From positions 258,190,937 to 258,254,936 of the forward strand of contig NC_133617.1 in NCBI RefSeq assembly GCF_048593235.1: 64,000 bases of DNA. Reading direction: 5' to 3'. Below the pieces are notes generated by a model. The model searched no databases, had not been told where the DNA came from, and saw only the letters and a program-made list of their open reading frames with translations. Shown piece by piece: positions 50,690-61,695 of the stretch. Origin of the DNA: Sminthopsis crassicaudata. Taxonomy: Eukaryota. Position 1 is the stretch's first letter. Every line of letters begins with the position of its first letter. The position numbers and the translations under genes were made by a program.

Positions 50690-51780
50690 AAAATTCTTAT
50701 TCTTATTTATGGTATCAGAGAATTAAGAGATATAATACTGACTTTAAAGGCCAATTAGTTCAGCCTCTTCATTTTACAGTTAAGATGGTTACAGCCTAGA
50801 AATATGAAGTGACCTATACAAGGTAAGTGGCAAAAAAAGTGTTATGAATCAAGGACAAAATTTAGTCCTTTATTCACTACAATAAATTGCAAAAGTCCAG
50901 AACAATGATCTGGGTTAATTAGAGGTTAACTGATTTAATAATAGCTATACACAAATGATAATTAGTATTTATACAGTACTTAAAAGTTAGCAAAGTTCTT
51001 TACAAATCCCTTCCTAACTTGAGGTCTGTGCTGTTATCTCTATGTTATAGATGAGGAAACTAAGGCTGACAGAAGTTAAGTAGTTTGCACAAGATCATAC
51101 AGTAATTGTCTTTAATCTATATTTGAACTCAGGTTTTTCTGATTTCTAGTCTGATGTGCTCATTACTGTGGCATTTCAGTTTACTTGTCCTTGTTCACAA
51201 AACTTATGTCAGAGTCAAGACTTAAACCCAGATATTTAAAGCATTCCCTTTCAACCATTGTGACATGAGGCATGTTATGTGTATATGAAGGATGGGTTGG
51301 GGGATGGAGGAATTGGTCTCCAGTGGCTAAACTTTATCTGTAGTTATTGTCAACAAAAACAACACTATTACTAAAGAATATATACAAAATTATAATAAAG
51401 GATAAGCAAAAATACTAAAATTGGATAAATTATTTGCACATACAATTATTTTAGTTAGGCTAATTTAGTTAATTATTTAATTAGGTTAGTCAAGAAGATT
51501 CCTAGAAATCAACTTTAATGACAAGCAGAAATAAGGTTTTTAAGGCCTAACTAAAAAGAGTTGGCAGATAAAAGGTTCTCAATGATTGTAACATACCATT
51601 AGGAAAGGAAGAAATCAAGTTTACACTTTTTCACAAAGGAGGGAAAATTAAAGAAAATTGCAAACAACTTTTCATCAAGGAAGGAAAGTTGTAAAGAAAA
51701 GTACAATCAACACTGAGATTTCACTTCCCACCAAGAAAATAACAAAAGATTATTCCTATCAGTGTAAGGGGTTGTAGAAA

Positions 51781-54083
51781 TGAGGTGCAGTCAGATTCTC
51801 CTTGTACCAGACCACCAAAATGTCTGCTACAGAATGATTAGTGTTATGAGGTTGATCAGGAGTATTTAATTATGCTGCTAAGTCACCAAAACCATTTGGT
51901 ATTGGCTAAGAAATAGACCAGTCGATCAGTGGAACAGATTAGGTACAAAGGACAAAAAAGGGTACAACTATAGTAATCTAGTATTTGACAAACTCAAAGT
52001 TACCAACATTTGGGATAAAAATTCATTATTTGAAAAAAAATGTTGGGAAAACTGGAAATTAGTATGGCAGAAATTAGATATGGATCCACACTTAACACCA
52101 TATACCAAGATAAGATCAAAATGAGTCCATGATTTAGGCATAAAGAATGAGACCATAAAATAGATTAGAAGAACAGAAGATAATCTACCACTTAAACTAG
52201 TGGAAGAGGAAGGAATTTATGACCTGAGGAGAACTTGAGATCATTATTGACCACAAAACAGAAGATTTTGATTACATCAAACTAAAAGGTTTCCTTACAA
52301 ACTAATGCAAACAAGATTAGAAGGGAAGTAACAAATTGGGAAAATATTTTTACAGTTAAAGGTTCTGATAAAGGCCTCATTTCCAAACTATATAGAGAAC
52401 TGACCCTAATTTATAAAAAATCAAACCATTCTCCAATTGATAAATGGTCAAAGGATATGAACAGACAATTCTCAGATGATGAAATTGAAACTATATCCAC
52501 TCATATGAAAGTGTTCCAAATCACTACTGATCAGAGAAATGCAAATTAAGACAACTCTGAGATACCATTACATACTTGTCAGATTGGCTAAGATGACAGG
52601 AACAAATAATGATGAATGTTGGAGGGATGTGGGAAAACTGGGACACTAATGCATTGTTGGTGGAGTTGTGAAAGAATCCGGCCATTCTGGAGAGCAATTT
52701 GGAACTATGCCCAAAAAGTTATCAAACTGTGCATATCCTTTGATCCAGCATTGCTGCTATGGGGCTTATATCCCAAAGAAATATTGAGGAGGGGAAAGGG
52801 ACCTGTACGTGCCAAAATGTTTGTGGCAGCTCTTTTTGTTGTGGCTAGAAACTGGAAAACGTATCGATGTCCATCAACTGGAGAATGGTTGGGTAAATTA
52901 TGGTATATGAAGGTTATGGAATATTATTGTTCTGTAAGAAATGACCAGCAGGAGGAATACAGAGAGGCTTGGAGAGACTTACATCAACTGATACTGAGTG
53001 AAATGAATAGAACCAGAAGATCGCTGTACACTTCAATGCCGTATGAAGATATATTCTGATGGAAGTGGATATCTTCAACATAAAGAAGATCCAACTCACT
53101 TCCAGTTAATCAATGATGGACAGAAATAACTACACCCAGAGAAGGAACACTGGGAAGTGAATGTAAATTGTTAGCACTACTGTCTATCTACCCAGGTTAC
53201 TTATACCTTCAGAACCCAATTCTTAACGTGCAACAAGAAAATGGGATTTACACACATATATTGTATCTAGGTTATACTGTAACACATGTAAAATGTATGG
53301 GATTGCCTGTCATCTAGGAGAGGGAGTAGAGGGAGGAAGGGGAAAATTTGGAAAAATGAATACAAGGGATAATGTTACAAAAAAATTACTCATGCATATG
53401 TACTGTCAAAAAAATTTTTTATAATTATAAAAAAAAAAAAAAAAAAAGTAACAGATTGGATAAAGCATTGTGCCGAGTCAGAAATGTGTGCCAGCAATTA
53501 TCTACCACATTTTAGAATAAAATTAAATAATTGTAAAAAAAAAAAAATTAATAATAATAATAATTATGCTGCTAAGAGCAGGCTAAATCCAATATTGTCT
53601 TTAGCAAGGAAAAGGGGTTTTAACAATTAAATGGGGGAAAACAAGTACCTAGTACTAAACAGGAGGAAGAAGCCATTAACACTTGACAAGTGAGGAATTA
53701 TAGGGCTGACCCTAAAAGGAAGTTTGGGTCCTAATAAGCATTAGCTGTTGGGACATTTACCAAAGAGGTTAACTGTAAAACAGAAATATACCATGAGGCC
53801 AGAGTAGCCTTTAAAAAAAAAAAAAAAATCAGTTATAACAAGGAGCCTCTGTAGCAGGCTAAATTCAGAGAAGTTAGCAAGCTGTTTACTGGAAACAGTA
53901 AAGCTGGAGTTCCAGAGACCTCCACCTAGGATGGGACTGTAATCAAAAGCCCAAGTTAAGAACAAAAGGACCACTTAAAGGCTGAGATGATCAGAAGTTG
54001 CCTCAGGAAATAGGCAGGCTTCCATACCCAGTGATTCAGGTTTTCTCAGATAATGCCCACCTGGATAACCCAAGACTTTATCA
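51781..54083. mobile_element. Solo LTR (~0.6 kb) split by a later L1, itself inside an older L1
   Basis: TGA...TCA termini, 4-bp TSD gaaa (51777-51780 / 54084-54087). The flanks rejoin into L1 ORF2-like sequence. Confidence 0.65.
51883..53560 (+). mobile_element. 5'-truncated L1 (ORF2 3' part, 3'UTR, 3' transduction)
   Basis: 16-bp TSD taattatgctgctaag (51867-51882 / 53561-53576). ORF 52616-53059 encodes the ORF2 Cys-rich C-terminus (HCWWSC...FVAALFVVARNWK...GEWLGKLWYM). Confidence 0.95.
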
Positions 54084-55414
54084 GAAACATAGACATTCAT
54101 GTATTATTGGTGGAGTTGTAAACATGTTCAACTATATGGGTAAGCAATTTGCTGTTATTTAAAGTCACTAAAACTTTAGTGCATAATTTTTAACCCAGGA
54201 ATCCACTAAAGGCAAATACCCCAAGAAAATCATTAATTTAAAAAGATTCTACAAAACAAACTAACAGGGTCTCTAATTCTCAAAAACTATCCAAGAACAA
54301 AACTAACTTATGAGCAATTCCAGCTATCTTTACTGGTCAAAACACCAAAAAGCATACAGTGGTGAGGTCATGAGGCCACAAACTCTGGCAAGATGTAGCT
54401 TGTGCTCTGGGATACTAATTTCCCTGCCTGCCCAGTCTATTCCAGCACACCCTGTCCCTGCCCTCACTCTCCCATTCTGTGACAAGACACAGTAGAACTA
54501 AACTTCCACCACTTCCAAGAGGAGGAAGCAAAGAAGGTAAAAAGGGCGGTTCTGCCTAGGGCAGCAAAGCTTAGCCAGCAAATTAAGAACAAAGAGAACT
54601 AAATCAGAGTGCAACTCTGCCTCACTTAAATCTAATTTACATGCTTATCAAAAGCCTCTAAGCAAGAAAGAAAAGGGAGTTAGACAAGGATTCGGATGGA
54701 GATAATCCCACTTCCCCAGAAGACACTTGGTATAAGTTTTAGCTTGGTGAAAGATTAATAACCAATATAATAAGAGCCACAGAGTCTACTACAATATTTG
54801 GGAGACCACCCATCAAACAGAGAGAAGTCAGGAAATGAAAGACAGGAGAATAAAAGGGCACAGGGGGGAATAAAACAAATCAAAGATCTCAGGAAGAAGA
54901 CAGCTCAATTAAAAACCTAGAACACAAATATATAAAACAGAAATTATTAAAACATAAGTAAAAAAGGCTCCCAAGAGATTTAAATGACTGCAAATATCTC
55001 TAAATAAAAACTGCAAAACAAAGGAAATTAAACCGATTCCAGATGAAATCTATGGATTTCCAAGAGAGAACTGAATAGCAGCAAATTTTCCCAAATGGTT
55101 CCTGAAAGTTAAAAAGGAACAAAATGACAGATTTATGTCTTGCATAGCAATATCAACAAAAGAAATCATGACTAAAGAGAAAACAAGTGATTGGAATAAA
55201 AAGAAAATATTGATATAAATAAAGCATGCTGTAAAGTAGCATTTTTTGTGCTAGCAAAGAACTGGAAACAAGAATATTCATCAATTAGAAAATGATTGTG
55301 TTACATGGAATATAATGAAATATTAGTGGGTTGTAAAAAGTGGTGAATATATGATAACTACAGAGAAGAGTGTAAAGAAATGGACTGAGTGAAGCACAAC
55401 AAAATACATACAAT

Positions 55415-56218
55415 TGATTAAGTTTAGATTTAGGTGTTCCCTTCTGTTGGGGAATTAAATGAGGTCTAGATTTAGGGAGCCAAAATGAAATTAAGGTTCC
55501 TGGTGGTGAGGGAGTAAAATGAGGTCTAGTTGCAGGTTTGTGGTTCAAGGAACCAAATGGAGAAGCTTGGCTTCCCTATATGCCTTGGGATTTGGCACAT
55601 GGGTAGGGATTTTGGGGAATCCCGATTAAGTCAGCACAGAGATTCCTCGTAAAGGAATTAGGAACCCAAAAACCTAGATTGATAAAAGAGGTTTAGTATT
55701 GACATTGGGAAGTCGGCCTTTGCTATGCAAGAATTGAAGGTTGAATTCCTTAGTGGCAAAGTCTGACATAGAAGTTTAAAGAAATCCAGGCAGAGAGGAA
55801 TAAAGTCTCATTAGGGAAATAGGTGAGGATAAAGAGAGGGTAGCAGTGGAACAGAGTATTATTCCAGAGGTTTCCTTGGCATAGCATGGCATGGCATGGC
55901 ATGTTAGGATCTCTGCAAAGAAAGGATTTTAGATTGACTTTTTTATAAGCCTGGGCTACAATCTGGGGGTTGCTCTTGATGGGGATGGGTCCTGCTTGAG
56001 CTGAATTGAAAAGAAGATCTTCAATTGAATCCAGTTGGAATTCTTTAGCTCAGGACTCAACCAGCCCCACCTAGACCACTAGGTCTGATTCCACTTTACC
56101 TGATTCCCTGGGGCTCTTACTGAGGCAGGAGATTTTCTCCTCCAAGGAGCATCAAGTGCTTTACCTCATGTCTCATTCCCAAAGTCAGGGAGAAAGAGTT
56201 ATGGGGCTCCTCTCATCA
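55415..56218. mobile_element. LTR-like element inserted in an L1 3' fragment
   Basis: TGAT...ATCA termini, internal repeat aaatgaggtctag, GC-richer than flanks. No clean TSD found. Confidence 0.5.
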
Positions 56219-56257
56219 TTTTGACTACGTTAACATACATAAAAGAACTACCACACA

Positions 56258-56377
56258 TGGGGCAGCTAGGTGGCACAGCAGATAGAGCACCAGCTTACTT
56301 TCCTAGCTGTGTGACCCTGGGTACCCTTAACCTGAATTGCCTCAGCAAAAAACAAAACAAAAACAAAAACAAAAACA
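56258..56377 (+). mobile_element. WSINE1-like SINE with internal deletion
   Basis: TSD aactaccacaca (56246-56257 / 56378-56389); the B-box segment is missing. Confidence 0.88.
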
Positions 56378-56657
56378 AACTACCACACAATAATAAAAAA
56401 TGAATGTTATAAAGTTACAAAGAATAAATATGACCCCAAAGGAGACTGACTTCTCCAGAGGGAGGGAAAGACAATAGCATGCAACACTGAACAATCAGTT
56501 CTCGATTTTTCTTCTTTTTTGATTTTCATAAACAAAAATTTATGTTTAATGTGAAGGCTCTAATAAATAAAAGATTCTAATGACGTAAAATAAAAAAATT
56601 CTGCTGGACACAAGTTGAAATTATTTGAAGTTTAAAAGATATTTGTGTACAACTTAC

Positions 56658-56828
56658 CACAGCAAGCTGTGTTCTTGAAGCTACCGTATGGAAAACTGCA
56701 GGCATCATTAAAGACTCTTCAACTTTTAATTCCATGTCATTTTCTGCTGAAAATGTTGTTTTGGGAATAGCAGGAGGACGATCACATAAGATCATTTCTT
56801 TATTAAACAGAAAAATTGGATTTGTGTC
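56658..56828 (-). CDS. RB1CC1: RB1CC1 exon 5
   Basis: DTNPIFLFNKEMILCDRPPAIPK...SRTQLAV; 171 nt; tag| and |gtaagt. Confidence 0.97.
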
Positions 56829-57125
56829 CTACATTATAAAAGGAACATAATTTTAAAATTAAGTAAATTTTATTCATAAGCCTTCCCAACTTTAAAATTA
56901 TTATTATAAGATTCATAGCAAAATTATTTATTAGCATACAGATACTTCATAATTCTTCTGGCTGTATTTCTTCCACATTCACTACACTCACACAAAAAAT
57001 AAACAAAAATCCTTCCAATCTCCTTAAAAAGATTATCTAGGATGCAAGCCTAAGAATTTTTAGGTTCTAATTAGTTTCCTCCTCAGACGAAATGTATATA
57101 ATAGAAGACAGGTGTGTATACTTAC

Positions 57126-57252
57126 TGTCCCAGCACTATAAGTGCATACTCTTCTATCTGAAGCCATACATTCTCCTCCATTTACTACCAGTACCTGCTG
57201 GTGAATTGCAATCTTATATTTGCTTTGAATTGCATGTTTAAGGTCTGCCACA
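57126..57252 (-). CDS. RB1CC1: RB1CC1 exon 4
   Basis: (T)VADLKHAIQSKYKIAIHQQVLVVNGGECMASDRRVCTYSAGT; 127 nt; tag| and |gtaagt. Confidence 0.97.
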
Positions 57253-58160
57253 CTAAGAGAAAAGATAAGCAAGTTATTTCACAGTTGCTTCAATAAGAGT
57301 ATCTTTCACATATAAAATACAAATTTAACTGGCTTATGCTAAATTCAAATTAAGATAGTTCAAGACAAATTTTATTAAATTGTAAAAGTTGTAATAATTA
57401 CAAGGGACTATATACTCACAGACAAGTAAAACTTTCCTTTTGATGATATCTTTTTTAATTTAGTAACAAAAAAAACAAAACAAACAAAAAAAAAAACCTT
57501 ACTTTCTTAAGGAAAATTCTCAATAAAATCTGGTATAAGTTGTAACCTAATACAAAATGAAACTGATTTCAATGTCAATATGACACTTAAGACAGTTTCA
57601 AGTGTTGGGGGACTCAGGAAATCAAACAATTCCAAACCTATTTTATAAACTCTCTCTCAAATGTTAAATCTTTCACTTTTATTGGAAAGGAGAAAAAAAG
57701 CAATTTCATAATTCAAATGTAAGCAATCTTAGTTTTTATACCAAGATTCTGTAAACTACCTAAAATTCTGTAAATTTGAATTTTAATTAAGATTATTTTC
57801 CATTTAAATGTGAGAATGATTTTAAAACTAAAGGCATGGAATATTTTTTTGTATTCATTTTCTATTTGCAAGGAGCCAATTACATCTATATCCATGGCTC
57901 TTAATATCCTGAACGTGACTACGTATTTTTATTTAAACTTGTTTTGGCTACTTGTAAGATTTTTTACTTATCCTTGAAGTTCTGGATTTTGGCTGCATTG
58001 CACTTGGCTTTATTTCAAGAAATGACTGGTAGATGCTATTTCATTCTGTTTCTTTTTGCCCTCTGTTTCTAAAAGATTTTTACTCATTTTTGGGCTCCTT
58101 GAAATAGGTTAACAAAATTATTTGGTTATGATTTTCAGAAAATCTAATAATATATTCATT

Positions 58161-58305
58161 TTTTTTTTTTTCTGAGGCTGGGGCTAAGTGACTTGCCCAG
58201 GGTCACACAACTAGGAAGTGTTTAAGTATCTGAGACCAGATTTGAACTCGGGTACTCCTGAATTCAAGGCTGGTGCTCTATCCACTGCGCCCCCTAGCCG
58301 CCCCC
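58161..58305 (-). mobile_element. Young WSINE1-like SINE
   Basis: TSD aatatattcatt (58149-58160 / 58306-58317); retains several CpGs. Confidence 0.92.
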
Positions 58306-58624
58306 AATATATTCATTTCTATGAGATTTTCTGAAACCTATGTGATCTAGTGTAGTATAAAGACCACACTGCTCTTTAATTATTTTCCCATACAACTACA
58401 GAATCAATTTGTAGTCTGACTCTCTCAATCCTGGCTTTTCTATATCCTAAAATGACAGCTCTTCCCTAAAGTTTGTTCTTTTCTAGTCCTTGACAATCTT
58501 TCACATACTTCATGATCTTTCACTGACAATAATTTTTTCAATTCTCTTTGCAACTATAACAAAGATAACAGAAGCAGTCAAATATTCTCTATGTCCTCAT
58601 GCATCTCAGGTTATTAAAACTTAA

Positions 58625-59610
58625 ATTTCTTGCTAACCTTGGCAATAAGAAAAGAAAAAGAGATTGAAGGAATTAGAGTAGGTAATGAGGAAATCAAATT
58701 ATCACTTTGCAGATGATATGATACCCCAGAGAATCAACTCAAAAACTTTAGCAAAGTTGCAGGATACAAAATAAATCCACATAAATCAGCATTTTTATAT
58801 ATCATTAACAAAATCCAACAGCAAGAGATACAAAGAAAAATTTCATTTAGAATAACTATTGCTAATATAAAATATTTCAGAATTTATCTGCCAAAGGAAA
58901 GTCAGGAACTATATTTAAGCAAAATTACAAAACACTTTCCACACAAATAAAATCAGATCTAAGCAACTGGAAAAATATCAAGTGCTCGTGGATAGATTAA
59001 GCAAATATAATAAAGATGAAATACTGCCTAAATGAATCTAAATAAATGAATTTATTTAGTGCTATGCCAATCAAACTCCCAAGAAAACTATCTTACTGAA
59101 CTAGAAAAAAAAATAACAAAATTCATCTGGAAGAATAAAAGGTAAAGAATTTCAAAAGAATTAATGAAGAGAAAAGCAAACGAAGGTGGCCTAGCTGTAC
59201 CAGATCTAAAACTATATTATAAAGCAGCAGTCATTAAAACCATTTGGTACTGGCTAAGAAAGAGAAGTTGATCAGTGGAATATGTTAGGTTCACAGAACA
59301 AAATAGCCAATAACTATGACAATCTAGTATTTGGCAAACCCAAAGGCCCCACGTTTTGTGAATTCACTATTTGACAAAAACTGCTAGGAAAATTAGAAAC
59401 TAGTCTGGCAGAAAAGTAGACAGACCCACATCTAAGACCGTATTCCAATGTAAGGTCGAAATGGGTTCATGATCTAGACATAAAGAATGATACTATAAAC
59501 AAAATTAGATGAACATAAGTTAGTTTAATCTCTCAGATTTGTGGAGGAAGAAGGAATTTGTGACCAAAGAAGAACTTCAGCTCATTATTGATCACAAAAT
59601 AAATAATTGA
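58625..59610 (+). mobile_element. Internal L1 ORF2 fragment (RT to C-terminal region), degraded
   Basis: tcactttgcagatgatatg (FADDM-like), agcaaagttgcaggatacaaaataaatcc, accatttggtactggctaag. Confidence 0.85.
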
Positions 59611-60350
59611 TTATATTGTTACCTTTTCTTGCCATTTTTTTTCCTGCCTGTTTCACAATCCTGACTATCTGGACCATTTCATGTTTTTGTATTCATTGTC
59701 CAATGCCTACCATTGTTTCCATCTTCTATATAGCTATTCTTAAAATTTAAGTTGATTGATTCCCCATATATCCACAAGAGTCTACCGATGATACATCCTC
59801 TCTCCTTAGAAAACAGAAATGTTTTCTAAAGTCTTAATTACATTACTCCTGCACTAACTTCCTCTAAAGAATTGTAGGCTATAGAATCATACTTTTCTCT
59901 TAACTCACCTCTTTTTGGAATTAATGTGGCAATGAGATCTTGAAGTACCTACAAACAGTTTCTGCCCAAGACACATGGGCCCAACAATAAAATGAAGACC
60001 AGGCTAACTAGATACAGTATATTCAGGTGCTCAAAAATTTTGACCAGCAGCAACTCATGAAGCAATTTTTTAAAGTTTTAAGAAATTATAATGAAATTAC
60101 AGATTTTTGAAGCAATAAAATAAAGCATTCACAAACCATAAACAAAATTCATCATACTTAACCAAAATGTGATTTGCTAAACAAAATGGTTTCATACCTG
60201 CCAAGCAGTCTTATTCAATGGGTGGGAGCAGGAAGTTTAAGGGGAAGTGAAAAGAAGGGAATAAGCATTTATATATAACCTACCATAATAATATGCATTT
60301 TTAAAAATTACACACACACACAAAGATTTCTGTCAGTAAAATATTCTCAC

Positions 60351-60421
60351 GTTTGCACTGCAAGTTCAGTATCAAATGTTAGGGTAGTTCCAGTGTTGAC
60401 CAAAAATACATATAACTTCAT
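60351..60421 (-). CDS. RB1CC1: RB1CC1/FIP200 exon 3, coding part (start codon)
   Basis: MKLYVFLVNTGTTLTFDTELAVQ(T), the FIP200 N-terminus; donor AC|gtgaga. The full exon starts at 60480 after a tttttag acceptor (59 nt UTR). Confidence 0.97.
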
Positions 60422-61571
60422 GATGATTTCTCTGGATTCTAGTTGTTTATGTCTCTCACTCTGATTTGGTCACTTAAGAACTAAAAAGAATTCAGAAACA
60501 GGGACCAATTTTTAATATATAGCACATTCATTAAGAAAAGTCATCTTATTAGAGCATAAGTACATATACAAACAATTAGTCAGCTTTCATATATAAAGGT
60601 GATTAATATTAAACACAAATGTTTAGGACATTGTAGGCATGCAACCAGAGTCAAACTGCTACATGAAAAATAAAGTAACATGGTAATCAGCATTTTCACT
60701 TTAACAAAGACAAAAGTGACTATCTACCATATACCATAAGCATTTCTGTTGAGTGAGCTCCAGTAGCTCTTATCTCCAGGATCAAACAAAAATTCATTTT
60801 TTTTGACATTTTAAGCTCCTAACTTTGACCCTTCCCATCTTTTCTCCAAATATTCAATGATACTGTTGCATTAATTTACAAGCAGTGCCCATATCAGAAT
60901 GCATATGTCTATTCATTTTCCCATCTTCGAAATGCTATTTCCTCATTTCCATTTCTTGGTTTCCCTTCAAACCATAGCATCTCATTTTATAGAACTCTAC
61001 CCTCTCACATTCTACTACTAGTGTCTCTCAGAGGTTACCACTTACTCAGGTTTATTTCATGTGGTCTCCCCCATTTAAACATAAGCTCCTTGAGGCAGGG
61101 GACTGGGTTTAAACAATTTTTTAAAAAACCTCAACAGACTTAAACATCAACAATCTAAAGATCTGAATTCTGGAGGACCCAAATTCAAATCTGGTCTCAG
61201 ACATTTAACACATTATGGCTATACCTTAAGACAAGTAATAATTTTTTAATAATTAAAATTCCCTTGCAACTGCTAAAAAAAAAAAAAAAAAAAATCTGCT
61301 TCAAGACAAACAATCTAGTTCGTCTAGGTACAATAATGATGTTTCTATTACAATATAATATTTAACAACTTAATTTTAAAAACCACACATTTACTAAATA
61401 TTTTCAATTGCAAAGTACTGTGTAGAATCTGGGAATGTGAAGGAAAAATAAAGTAGCTTCTGTTATCATTGAATTTATAGTCTATCGAAAATGTTTCCAA
61501 GTTAAATATAAGCAAAAAACTTATTTATATTCCAGTCAAATACTAAGTATAAAAACAAGATTTCGACTTAC

Positions 61572-61695
61572 CTTCAGGCACTGTTAAAGGGGCTACCACT
61601 TTTCTTAACTGTAGGAGACTAAAAACTGGTGTATGCTTCCTTTGCTTGATATTGGCAACAGAATGACATTACTGTTCAAAATGAAATCTGGTGAC
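61572..61695 (-). other. RB1CC1: Probable non-coding 5'UTR exon (exon 2)
   Basis: Flanked by ...tttcatttctag| acceptor and CTGAAG|gtaagt donor; 124 nt; lies 1.1 kb upstream of the ATG exon, as expected from the recalled human structure. Confidence 0.7.
61619..61669 (-). promoter_or_regulatory. Upstream ORF (16 aa, MSFCCQYQAKEAYTSF*) in 5'UTR exon
   Basis: The only ATG in the predicted exon 2; gtaATGt context with a purine at -3; TAG ends 106 spliced nt before the main ATG. Confidence 0.5.

Noticed and set aside
52616-53059. 147-aa ORF as a nested host gene
   Set aside because: It is the L1 ORF2 C-terminus; upstream ORF2 is disrupted and 5'-truncated.
6768-58305. tRNA-like A/B-box sequences
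   Set aside because: They are SINE heads continuing into CORE sequence with tails and TSDs, not tRNA genes.
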